Part shown: piece after piece, positions 8,330-16,325 of the stretch
How positions within the stretch are numbered: position 1 is the first letter of the stretch
Layout: each line of letters begins with the position of its first letter
NCBI GenBank assembly: GCA_000091165.1
Contig: FP565575.1
Location: 1,380,001-1,412,000 of the forward strand
Origin: Candidatus Methylomirabilis oxygeniifera
GTDB lineage: Bacteria; Methylomirabilota; Methylomirabilia; Methylomirabilales; Methylomirabilaceae
DNA length: 32,000 nucleotides
Direction: 5' to 3'
Position numbers and translations under genes: made by a program
Notes under the pieces: model-generated
The model's input: only the letters and a program-made list of their open reading frames with translations
Databases searched by the model: none
Told to the model about the DNA's origin: nothing

Positions 8330-8441
8330 CCGGTGATAGGTAAATAGACTGAGGACTAAAGGCTTTTAGGGGTAGGAACCGAGAAGATCGTAGATAGCTC
8401 GATTCGTGCCTTGCGAACAGATCCGTCGGCTGAAGATATGG

Positions 8442-9218
8442 CTATTGGCTCACAATGGACCTACGAGCGATCCGCAGGGTGAGCGTAGTGGCTACAGCAA
8501 CGAACAGGAGTAGCAAGCCGCTATCCGAGAGAGTTGGAATGATTGGGATGCCTGCAGGGCTGAAGGCGATGCCGGTGGGGGCCGTACCCACCGAGATCGG
8601 GCTGCCGACCAGACTGTTCGTAGCCGTAGCGATGACCGAGACGGTGTTGGAGCCTTGATTCGGCACGTACACCGATGCCCCGTCAGGGCTCGCGGCCAGG
8701 AAATCAGGTCTCTGCCCCACCGAGATCGGGCTGCCGACCACGGCGTTGGTGGCGGTGTCGATAACGGAGACGGTGTTATCCACAAAGTTCGCGACGTACA
8801 CGCGGGCGCCGTTCGGCGTGATGGCGATGCCGACCGGATTCGACCCTACCGAGATCGGGCTGCCGACCACGGCGTTGGTGGCGGTGTCGATAACGGAGAC
8901 GGTGTTCGAACCGGAGTTAGTGACGTACACGCGGGCGCCGTTCGGCGTGATAGCAATCTGCTCGGGCGTCAGCCCGACCGAAATGGTGGTAAGAACAGCT
9001 TTTGTTGCAGTATCAACGACAGAGACATTAGCCGAACCGGAGTTCGTCACATATGCCACGGGGGCGGCGTCTGCGGCCTTTGCTCCCACCGATACGAGAA
9101 CAATCAGATAGATCACCGAGACGACCGCACCCCAGTAGTGCGGCTTCGTTTCTCCCGATCTATCTGATCGCTTATCCCTGATCAGTGTAGTCGCCTCCGG
9201 TATCTTGCTCGGTATCAA
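8442..9218 (-). CDS. YVTN-family beta-propeller repeat protein with an IPTL-CTERM-like C-terminal sorting signal
   Basis: Four repeats of about 43 aa (VYVTNSGSNTVSVIDTATNAVVGSPISVG...GIAITPNGARVYV). There is an N-terminal hydrophobic signal/anchor. The C-terminus IPTLSDSGLLLLFVAVATTLTLRIARR is motif + TM + basic cluster. The start (TTG 9218) is uncertain. Confidence 0.8.
   Translation of the reverse strand: MIPSKIPEATTLIRDKRSDRSGETKPHYWGAVVSVIYLIVLVSVGAKAADAAPVAYVTNSGSANVSVVDTATKAVLTTISVGLTPEQIAITPNGARVYVTNSGSNTVSVIDTATNAVVGSPISVGSNPVGIAITPNGARVYVANFVDNTVSVIDTATNAVVGSPISVGQRPDFLAASPDGASVYVPNQGSNTVSVIATATNSLVGSPISVGTAPTGIAFSPAGIPIIPTLSDSGLLLLFVAVATTLTLRIARRSIVSQ
8590..8976. repeat. Intragenic 129-bp tandem repeat units encoding the YVTN blades
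   Basis: Units start at 8590, 8719 and 8848, each with accgagatcgggctgccgacca. Units 2 and 3 share a 59-nt block (8719-8777 = 8848-8906) and a 30-nt block (8793-8822 = 8922-8951) that are identical. A diverged fourth unit follows. Confidence 0.85.
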
Positions 9219-9329
9219 TCAGGCCTGCCTTCATGTCTCCTGACGATCCTCTTTACACAATCGCCACGATCTCAAAGAACAGTAATCAAGCCGATCTACA
9301 CTTGTCAAGGGAATTCGCTATTTCGCGCC

Positions 9330-10133
9330 TCATGTGACGATCAGTCCGGCGTAGCCGACCACGCTGGAATCGTCCCTGGTGACATCGGCGGAGGTAGCAT
9401 AACTGATCAACTCCCCTGAGGTGGCCCCGAGCTCTCTCGCCGCAATCAGCAGTGCGGTCGTCGGGTGAAATCCGCACATGGCAATATCTTCACGTCTCAC
9501 AACCTGATACAACCGTTGGGGATCGCAGGCTACGATGGCCTCAATCGCCAGGCGGTCCTTTGCCTTGGCCTGTTCCCGACTTACGTAATGACTCATGTCG
9601 GTGCTGGCCACCATCAGCACCGATCGATCTGACCCCGCAATGGCCTGAGCCACCGCCAACCCGACGTCCTGACAGACTGCATATTCACTGCTGAACAGAC
9701 AGATCGGCACGAAGGAGAAGGGACGGCCGTGCGCCTGGAGCAGCGGGAGTTGCACCTCAATGGAGTGCTCGCGCCGGTGCCCAAGATCGTCGTCCTCGAT
9801 GGTCCGCGAGTTCTGCAGGATGGCCCTGGCCAGCTCTGTATCGATGGACACCTGTCCCATGGGCGTCTCCCATGTCCCGTCGGCCATAATCCCCGCTCCT
9901 GCCCCTATGCCGGTATGGTTAGGCCCCAGGATCACAAAGACATCGGGAAAGGTAAGCCGGGCGTACACTGCTCCGGCAACCCTCCCGGAGTAGATGTAAC
10001 CGGCATGGGGGACGACCGCCCCGAGGGCGCGCACCGTCTGGAGATCCCAGGTGATCAGATCGGCGGCCTGCGCCCGCAACAGCTCCGGTGTACCCGGGTA
10101 GAACGAGCCGGCCACGGCTGCCCGTCGAATCAT
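9330..10133 (-). CDS. MEMO1-family protein (AmmeMemoRadiSam system protein B homolog)
   Basis: 267 aa with an AAVAGSFYPG N-terminus, VVPHAGYIYSG, LGPNH and SHY motifs characteristic of the MEMO/extradiol-dioxygenase-B-like fold. Confidence 0.85.
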   Translation of the reverse strand: MIRRAAVAGSFYPGTPELLRAQAADLITWDLQTVRALGAVVPHAGYIYSGRVAGAVYARLTFPDVFVILGPNHTGIGAGAGIMADGTWETPMGQVSIDTELARAILQNSRTIEDDDLGHRREHSIEVQLPLLQAHGRPFSFVPICLFSSEYAVCQDVGLAVAQAIAGSDRSVLMVASTDMSHYVSREQAKAKDRLAIEAIVACDPQRLYQVVRREDIAMCGFHPTTALLIAARELGATSGELISYATSADVTRDDSSVVGYAGLIVT

Positions 10134-10143
10134 TATCAGTCCC

Positions 10144-10195
10144 TTGCGTCTATAACGTCTGTTGCGTCATCGCGTTTATTGCGTCTGTTGCGTCC
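10144..10195. repeat. Array of about 6 units with roughly 9-bp periodicity (TTGCGTCNN), spanning the waaC stop and the waaC-MEMO spacer
   Basis: The array reads ttgcgtcta taacgtctg ttgcgtcat cgcgtttat tgcgtctg ttgcgtcc. The 12-mer gtctgttgcgtc occurs twice (10157-10168 and 10183-10194). It contains the reverse complement of units of the 6566-6637 array (attgcgtct = rc of agacgcaat). Confidence 0.75.
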
Positions 10196-11294
10196 TGGCA
10201 CCTGTGGCCAAGAGTACGGAGGCGGCTTCTGTTACCTGCTCTACCGAAATTGAGTGCATGCACAGACGATCCTCCTCGATCTGGCACCGCCGTTTTGAGC
10301 ATGGACTGCACGGTAGGGGGACACGGAGTACAACCCCGTCACCCCCGTAAGGACCGATCAGACGTGGATCGGTTGGGCCAAAGAGCGCGACAAGGGGGGT
10401 TCCAAGCGCCGCCGCCAGGTGCATGGGACCGGAATCTACCGTCACCAGGAGGTTGATCCGCTTCAGGAGCGCGATCAGAACCTTAAGGTCCGTCCGACCG
10501 GCCGCCACGAACGGGGCCGGGTTCATGCGGCGAGCCAGACGCCTAGCCACCGGAAGGTCCGCGGACGATCCAATCACAAGGATCCTGGCCCCATATCGAC
10601 GGGCCAGTGCCTCCCCTACACGCGCGAACTGCTCCTCTCCCCAGAGTTTTGTCGACCAACGCGCTTGTGGATTGAGAGCGATCACTGACGCATTCGGCCT
10701 TACCTCCGCCTCAGCCAGAAGCGCTTCAGCCCTCGCCCCATCGTCGGGTCGAGAAGGGAACATGAACGCCTTCGATGGCGGGTCTGCTCCAAGAAATCTG
10801 GCGACTTCCAGGTACCGGTCTACGGCATGCAGCGGTCCAGGTGGCAGCGGCACGACGTGGGTCAACGCGCGCCCGCTTCCCTCGCGGCTTCCAGCCAGAC
10901 CGACCCGAAATCGCGCGCGGGCGCAGATCACCATAAGGGCGCTCTTGAGCAGTCCCTGCAAATCGACAACAAGGTCATACCGACCCTGACGGAGTTCGGC
11001 GATCAGCGTAGCCATCTCCCGCAACGCGGCCGATCCGCAGGAAGGAGACCGCACCTCTCGCCCCCATCGTCTGCGACCGGACACGATGACCCGATCCAGC
11101 AAGGGATGACCCAACAGCAGCTCCGCCGCCTCCTCCTCCACAAGCCACGCGATATGTCGATCGGGGTACCGTTGTCTGAGCGAGCTAAGGAACGGGAGGG
11201 CATGCACGACATCACCGAGTGAGCTCGGCTTAATGATGAGAATTCGCTGCACCTGCTCCATCGGCACAGGGTCATGGCTAAACGGAGCAGTCAT
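10176..11294 (-). CDS. waaC: GT9 ADP-heptose:LPS heptosyltransferase I-like
   Basis: The translation has RILIIKPSSLGDVVHALP, AWLVEEE, YDLVVDLQGLLKSA and FGPTDPRLIGPYG, which parallel E. coli WaaC motifs. The ORF is open to 11321, but ATG 11294 forms an ATGA overlap with the upstream stop codon. Confidence 0.85.
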   Translation of the reverse strand: MTAPFSHDPVPMEQVQRILIIKPSSLGDVVHALPFLSSLRQRYPDRHIAWLVEEEAAELLLGHPLLDRVIVSGRRRWGREVRSPSCGSAALREMATLIAELRQGRYDLVVDLQGLLKSALMVICARARFRVGLAGSREGSGRALTHVVPLPPGPLHAVDRYLEVARFLGADPPSKAFMFPSRPDDGARAEALLAEAEVRPNASVIALNPQARWSTKLWGEEQFARVGEALARRYGARILVIGSSADLPVARRLARRMNPAPFVAAGRTDLKVLIALLKRINLLVTVDSGPMHLAAALGTPLVALFGPTDPRLIGPYGGDGVVLRVPLPCSPCSKRRCQIEEDRLCMHSISVEQVTEAASVLLATGARTQQTQ

Positions 11295-12943
11295 GCCGGC
11301 TGGCACCTTTGGACAATCCACTCGGTGGCGTCAAGCAGATCTCTTGCCGTATACGCGGGCATTGGACCTCCCGTCGACCGAAGGTGTTCCAACGACTCAC
11401 GTCCATAGCCTGTCAGGACCAGCACCGAAGGCAGACTCAGTCCATCTGCCAGCAGCATGTCGCTCACCTTATCCCCCACGACGTACGATCGCCCCAGGTC
11501 CACCTGCTGCTCATAGGCCGCCCGCTGAATCAGTCCTGGAGCGGGCTTACGACACAGGCAGTCCCGTCTGTATGGAAAGCGCCCTTCCCGAGGGTGATGA
11601 GGACAGTAGTAGAAGGCATCCGTCCCTCCTCCATCCGCCTGGAGCAGCTCCAGAAGCCGTTGATGGGATGCTTCAACCAGCTCTTCAGTGGCGTCCCCCC
11701 GGGCCACCCGCGCTTGATTGCTGACCACGATCCGCCGATATCCCGCCTCGCCAAGGCGTTTCAACGCTTCCGCCGCCTTGGGAATCGGCCTCATCATATC
11801 CGGGCGTTGGATCGGCCCTACCTCTTCATTGATGGTACCGTCCCGATCCAGAAACACCGCCGGCGCCGGCCGGATGCTCGCATCAGCAGGAGCGTGTGAT
11901 CGAGCGAGAAGGATCTCCGCCGCAGCCACCACCCTCTCCACATCAAGTTCCTGCATACATCGATGGTCGATAGGGCAGTCGCGGTAGCGACACGGACTAC
12001 ACGTCGGCGGATTGTGAAGAACCTGATGGCCGGAGCCGAGGGGACCTGTGCGATGGGGATCCGTCGGGCCGAACAGGGCCACGCACGGGATTCCCAGTGC
12101 GGAGGCCAGATGCATGGGTCCCGTATCGTTCGTCAGGAGCAGCGCGCACCGACTCAGCAGGCCGGCCAATTCAGCGAGCGTCGTTCGTCCGCCGAAGTCG
12201 ATGACAGCCCCGCGCATCCGCGAGCGGATGGCCCGTGTTAATGACGCTTCGCGTGATGAACCGAACAACAGGGCAACCGTGCCGAAGCGATCCGCCAGAC
12301 GATCGGCGACTTCTGCAAATCGTTCCACCGGCCAGCGCTTTGCCGTCCCATACGTGGCCCCTGGGGTCATGCCGACAACCGGGGCGTGAGGGGGGAGACC
12401 GGACTCAGCCAGCAGTTTCTCAACTTCCGCATCGCTTCCAGGCGGACGCAGGAATCCGGTTGGGCGCACCCACGCATCCCACTGTAGCGCACGTAGCAGG
12501 CCAAGATAAGCGTCCGCCTGATGTAACGGCGTCCCACTCGAGGGGCGCACCCCCACCGTCAATAAGGAATCTCGCCAATCGGTCGCATACCCGACCCGAT
12601 GCGGAATCCCTGCCAGCCGACTGATGAGCGCTATCCGAAAACTGTTCGGTAAAAGCAGAGCCAACTCGAACTCTCGTTGCCGCAGTGCGGTCGCCGCCCA
12701 CTTCAACTCACCCCTGCCCGGCAGCTCAACGAGTTCATCGATACACGGCAAGGATCGAAACAGCGGGCTCAGCCATGGACGCACAAGGAGTGAGATTCTT
12801 ACACTCGGGAATGAGCGACGAAGGTTGGCGAGCGCAGGAAGCGCGAGCACCGCATCACCCAACCAATTAGGGCTTGCAACCAGGATAGATCGCAGCCGAT
12901 CGGGTTCGAATGTTTTTCGAACATGCAGTGTCTGGAGCCTCAT
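11291..12943 (-). CDS. waaF: Fusion protein: GT9 heptosyltransferase II (WaaF-like) N-terminal domain plus D,D-heptose 1,7-bisphosphate phosphatase (GmhB, HAD-IIIA) C-terminal domain
   Basis: The N-terminal part has SPNWLGD, LPNSFRIALISRLAGIPHRVGY and GATYGTAKRWP (WaaF-like). The C-terminal roughly 180 aa has FLDRDGTIN, VVSNQ, YYCPHHP, CRKPAPG and VGDKVSD (GmhB/histidinol-phosphatase-type HAD). Confidence 0.88.
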   Translation of the reverse strand: MRLQTLHVRKTFEPDRLRSILVASPNWLGDAVLALPALANLRRSFPSVRISLLVRPWLSPLFRSLPCIDELVELPGRGELKWAATALRQREFELALLLPNSFRIALISRLAGIPHRVGYATDWRDSLLTVGVRPSSGTPLHQADAYLGLLRALQWDAWVRPTGFLRPPGSDAEVEKLLAESGLPPHAPVVGMTPGATYGTAKRWPVERFAEVADRLADRFGTVALLFGSSREASLTRAIRSRMRGAVIDFGGRTTLAELAGLLSRCALLLTNDTGPMHLASALGIPCVALFGPTDPHRTGPLGSGHQVLHNPPTCSPCRYRDCPIDHRCMQELDVERVVAAAEILLARSHAPADASIRPAPAVFLDRDGTINEEVGPIQRPDMMRPIPKAAEALKRLGEAGYRRIVVSNQARVARGDATEELVEASHQRLLELLQADGGGTDAFYYCPHHPREGRFPYRRDCLCRKPAPGLIQRAAYEQQVDLGRSYVVGDKVSDMLLADGLSLPSVLVLTGYGRESLEHLRSTGGPMPAYTARDLLDATEWIVQRCQPA

Positions 12944-13905
12944 GGTTTCGGGTGTCGGGTGTAGGGTGTCGGGTGTCGGGTGTCGGGTGTCGGGGACTCA
13001 GCACGCGGCTGCGTTTTCCATCTGCGGTGGACCCAAAGCCACTGGGCCGGCGCCTTCCGAACTAATGCTTCAATGGCCCTCGTGAAGGAGGCGGTGTTGG
13101 CAACAACGTCCGCCCTCAGGTGCCCGGTCCGAATTAAGGGTATCTCTTTCTCCACCAGAATGATGTGCCGATCCCGCCCGCACCGCACGATGGCGGCGGG
13201 AAGAACCGATGCGTCGGTTCTGAGGGCCAGGAGGGCAGGGGCGAGAGCGGTACAGGCCGGCCTGCCAAAGAAATCGACAAAGACCCCCTCTTTCCAGGTG
13301 ATGTTTTGATCCATGAGAATCCCAACGCTTTCCCCACGAAACAGCGCCTGCACCAGCGTCGGCATCACCAGCTTCTTGGCTAATACCCGTGTTCCCCAAG
13401 CGGCCCGGAACCGGGTGATGACCTTGTCGAGATATGGGTTATCCAGAGGGCGCGTCACAATAGCCAACGGCTCCCCCATGAGGGCGGATGCAAGCGGAAG
13501 CAGTTCCCATGACCCCAGATGCGCGGTAATGTAAATAATCCCCTTCCCTCGGCGCTTAGCCTCATGGAAGTGCTCATACCCTTCGATCCGGATAAACTGC
13601 CGGAAGTTCTCTCGATCGATCTTGGGAATCCGACACGTCTCTATGACGGTTCGGCCCAGATTGATAAAGGTTAAGCGCGCCAACTCAGTGATCTCCCGAG
13701 GGGAATGCTCACCACTGAAAGCCTGGCGCAGGTTGTCCTGAGCAATCAATCGATGTTTGTGGTCGACACGGTAGAGAGCCGCGCCCAACCCTTCACCGAT
13801 AGAGTAGGCCAACGACGATGGCAGGTGGAACAATCCCTTCGCGAATCCTGCCACAAGGAGGTATTCGAGATAGGCGGCAACACCGCCATGGCTCCTGGAC
13901 TTCAC
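12940..13905 (-). CDS. Lipid A biosynthesis late (lauroyl/myristoyl-type) acyltransferase, LpxL/HtrB family
   Basis: 321 aa with an N-terminal TM and a conserved HLGSWE (HX4E-type) motif. It has ...WLWVHRRWKTQP close to the usual family C-terminus, followed by a repeat-encoded tail PTPDTRHPTPYTRHPKP. It overlaps waaF by ATGA. Confidence 0.85.
   Translation of the reverse strand: MKSRSHGGVAAYLEYLLVAGFAKGLFHLPSSLAYSIGEGLGAALYRVDHKHRLIAQDNLRQAFSGEHSPREITELARLTFINLGRTVIETCRIPKIDRENFRQFIRIEGYEHFHEAKRRGKGIIYITAHLGSWELLPLASALMGEPLAIVTRPLDNPYLDKVITRFRAAWGTRVLAKKLVMPTLVQALFRGESVGILMDQNITWKEGVFVDFFGRPACTALAPALLALRTDASVLPAAIVRCGRDRHIILVEKEIPLIRTGHLRADVVANTASFTRAIEALVRKAPAQWLWVHRRWKTQPRAESPTPDTRHPTPYTRHPKP
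12944..12995. repeat. Heptanucleotide tandem array (GGGTGTC/GGGTGTA) x6 plus a degenerate flanking unit; a G3N4 G-quadruplex-type motif on the plus strand
   Basis: Positions 12950-12991 read gggtgtc gggtgta gggtgtc gggtgtc gggtgtc gggtgtc, followed by gggg. The array lies inside the last 17 codons of the lpxL-like ORF, immediately 5' of the waaF ATG on the minus strand. Confidence 0.95.
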
Positions 13906-14984
13906 GATGCGCTCGGTTGTACCAGGCGGTTTAACATCGCCTCCAACAGATCCGCCCCTTCCAATAATTCAAATGAGATCGACAAAGCGTAGAGTGGCAT
14001 ATCCACCTGAGCAATGTCTAAGTGAGCCAATTTTACCATATCCTTTTCTGTGGTGACCACCATGGAGGCGCCGTCATCTTTGGCTGCTCGCCCGATCAAC
14101 TCCAGATCGGCTGGAGTATAGCGGTGGTGATCGGGGAAGATACGGTGAGCCGCAACACGCGCACCGAGCTGACCAAGCATCGCTTTAAATCGGCTTGGAT
14201 TGGCAATGCCGGAGACCGCCAACAGCCGCTGGCCGGTGAGACGCTCAAGACCCACGCGGTCTTCACTCCTGACATCGATAAGGCTGACAGGCCGATGGAC
14301 AGCTCGGGCAATCGGAGCAGCCGGCGCGTATTGCCGGATCGCCCGTATAGCCGAATCTACGTCGCGTCCAGCGTCAGCATTCGTCACGACCACGATGTCA
14401 GCCCGTTCGAGTGCCTCCGGCGGCTCGCGCAACAACCCTGAGGGCAGCAGCCGACCATATCCGAGCGGATTGACCGCATCAACCAGCACGATATCCAGAT
14501 CGCGGTGGAGTCTGCGATGCTGAAACCCATCATCCAGAATAATCACGCCACACGCCACCTGCTCAATGGCGACCTCGCCGACTCGGTATCGATCGGCCCC
14601 GGTCAAGACGGCGACGCCCGGCAGATGCCGGGCCAGCAAATAGGCCTCGTCAGCCGCGACCGGCGGCTTGCATCGCACACTTGTGCCATCGCTAACGACG
14701 GTCGGCTTCGTCGAATCACTCCGGTACCCTCGTAAAATGATGACCACCTGCTGGCCTCGCTCGCGCAGCCTACCGGCCAACATCTCAACGCACGGGGTCT
14801 TCCCGCTTCCACCCACACTGATATTTCCAACGCTCAGCACCGGGACCGGAAGTCGGTGCGTCCCGGCAAGGCCACAGCTAAAGAGCGCCGTCCGCAGCGA
14901 AACGGCTGCCCCATACACATGCGAAATCGGACGCAAACACGTGAGCCAGGCTTGAGCGGTCCATTGCTCTGGAGCAGCCGCCAT
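13902..14984 (-). CDS. lpxK: Tetraacyldisaccharide 4'-kinase
   Basis: Contains the P-loop VPVLSVGNISVGGSGKTP. The ORF is open to 15065, but ATG 14984 (MAAAPEQW...RPISHVYG) gives the spacing seen in E. coli LpxK. The alternatives are ATG 15065, or GTG 15026 which forms a GTGA overlap with the waaA stop. Confidence 0.9.
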   Translation of the reverse strand: MAAAPEQWTAQAWLTCLRPISHVYGAAVSLRTALFSCGLAGTHRLPVPVLSVGNISVGGSGKTPCVEMLAGRLRERGQQVVIILRGYRSDSTKPTVVSDGTSVRCKPPVAADEAYLLARHLPGVAVLTGADRYRVGEVAIEQVACGVIILDDGFQHRRLHRDLDIVLVDAVNPLGYGRLLPSGLLREPPEALERADIVVVTNADAGRDVDSAIRAIRQYAPAAPIARAVHRPVSLIDVRSEDRVGLERLTGQRLLAVSGIANPSRFKAMLGQLGARVAAHRIFPDHHRYTPADLELIGRAAKDDGASMVVTTEKDMVKLAHLDIAQVDMPLYALSISFELLEGADLLEAMLNRLVQPSAS

Positions 14985-15022
14985 GCAGCGCAACGTCCAG
15001 GTTGAGAGCGCCTCTATGCCTT

Positions 15023-16309
15023 TCACGATACGAACCGCTCCAGGAGGGTCGCTGTCCGCTCGCATGCGCCCTGATGGGCCGCTAAGGCTGCCATTGCCGC
15101 CTGACCCATCTTTTCTCTCGCTCCTTGATCACGCAGGAGCCTGGTAAGCTGCCGGGTGAGATCCGCCGCATCGCTTACCTGGATGGCCGCCCCCCGTTCG
15201 ACAAAGTACGCACTCGCCTCGATAAAATTCTCCATGTGGGGACCGAAGAGCACCGGCCGACCGTGCAGGGCCGGCTCGAGCAGGTTGTGGCCGCCTCTGG
15301 ATATAAGACTCCCACCGACAAAGCTGATACTCCCCACCGCGTACAGCCCTGACAGTTCACCGACGGTGTCCAGAAGGATCACCTCCTTCGCGCCATTTCG
15401 CCCTTGAGGTAGAGCGCTCCGCCTCACTACGGCCATGCCATGAGCGGCAACCGCCGTTTCCACCTGGACTACCCGCTCCGGATGGCGCGGCGCCAGGATC
15501 AGCAACAGGTCCGGAAACTCTCCGCGCAGGCGGCGAAAGGCCTGGAGCAACATCTCCTCCTCGCCGGCATGCGTGCTTCCCGCCACCAGGACCTGTCGCT
15601 GCGCGTCAATCTGAAGTTCCCGACGCCACTGTTCGGCCAGCAATGAGGTGTCGGCGTGGCGGACTGCATCGAACTTGAGATTACCCACCACATGCACCCG
15701 CTCAGGACTGGCGCCCAGCGCGAGAATTCGCTTGGCGTCGGCGCCGGTTTGCATGCAAAAGAGATCAACGCACTGAAGGACTCGGCGGATAAAGGGTCGG
15801 ACAAGGCGGTAGCGTGAAAACGAGCGCTCCGATAGTCGACCATTGATGATGGCAACCGGAATCTTCGAGGCCGCGCAGGCATGGAGGAAATTTGGCCAGA
15901 TTTCTGTCTCTGTGAGAAGGATGAGGCGGGGTCTCACTGAGGCCAGGGCCCGATGAACAACCATCGGTAGATCGATCGGAAAGTACACGACGGCCGCCGC
16001 CTGCGGGAGCGAACGTCTGGCGACCTCTCGTCCGGTTCCGGTCACCGTCGAGACGACAAGCGGGAGCATCGGTCGCTGCGCCCTCCAGAGATTCGCCAGA
16101 ATCGAAGCCGCGCCGACCTCCCCCACCGAGACGGCATGTATCCAGACAGGCTGAACCGCTCGCAGCCGTGAGTACAACGACTCCGGGTAACGGCCCGCAC
16201 GCTCCAACCATCCTTCCCGGTAGGAGGAACGTCGGAGTATCTTCAAAAGGATGGAGGGTGACCACGCGAGCAGAACGAGGGTCAGTAAGAAGGAGTAGAC
16301 AGCATACAT
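15023..16309 (-). CDS. waaA: 3-deoxy-D-manno-octulosonic acid (Kdo) transferase
   Basis: 428 aa with an N-terminal TM and the WIHAVSVGEV motif. It has the GT30 C-terminal region (GGSL...GGHN.LEPA). Confidence 0.93.
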   Translation of the reverse strand: MYAVYSFLLTLVLLAWSPSILLKILRRSSYREGWLERAGRYPESLYSRLRAVQPVWIHAVSVGEVGAASILANLWRAQRPMLPLVVSTVTGTGREVARRSLPQAAAVVYFPIDLPMVVHRALASVRPRLILLTETEIWPNFLHACAASKIPVAIINGRLSERSFSRYRLVRPFIRRVLQCVDLFCMQTGADAKRILALGASPERVHVVGNLKFDAVRHADTSLLAEQWRRELQIDAQRQVLVAGSTHAGEEEMLLQAFRRLRGEFPDLLLILAPRHPERVVQVETAVAAHGMAVVRRSALPQGRNGAKEVILLDTVGELSGLYAVGSISFVGGSLISRGGHNLLEPALHGRPVLFGPHMENFIEASAYFVERGAAIQVSDAADLTRQLTRLLRDQGAREKMGQAAMAALAAHQGACERTATLLERFVS

Positions 16310-16325
16310 CCCGGCCTGCCGATCG

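Noticed and set aside
8330-8441. Intrinsic terminators or a small RNA in the convergent selD/YVTN spacer
   Set aside because: I found only a 5-bp AT stem (ctaaa/tttag) and 4-5 bp GC-poor stems, with no stem followed by a U-tract on either strand. The evidence is insufficient to call a terminator or an ncRNA.
8655-9167. Plus-strand ORFs (170 aa and 121 aa) with internal repeats, opposite the YVTN gene
   Set aside because: Their repeats only mirror the 129-bp coding repeats of the minus-strand gene, which has the recognisable YVTN blade consensus and sorting tail. They have no independent start or RBS support.
12944-12995. Possible CRISPR or other spacer-containing array at the heptamer and nonamer repeat sites (also 6566-6637, 10144-10195, 20087-20114)
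   Set aside because: The units are 7-9 bp and directly tandem, with no unique spacers, and no cas genes are present. These are micro/minisatellites, not CRISPR arrays.
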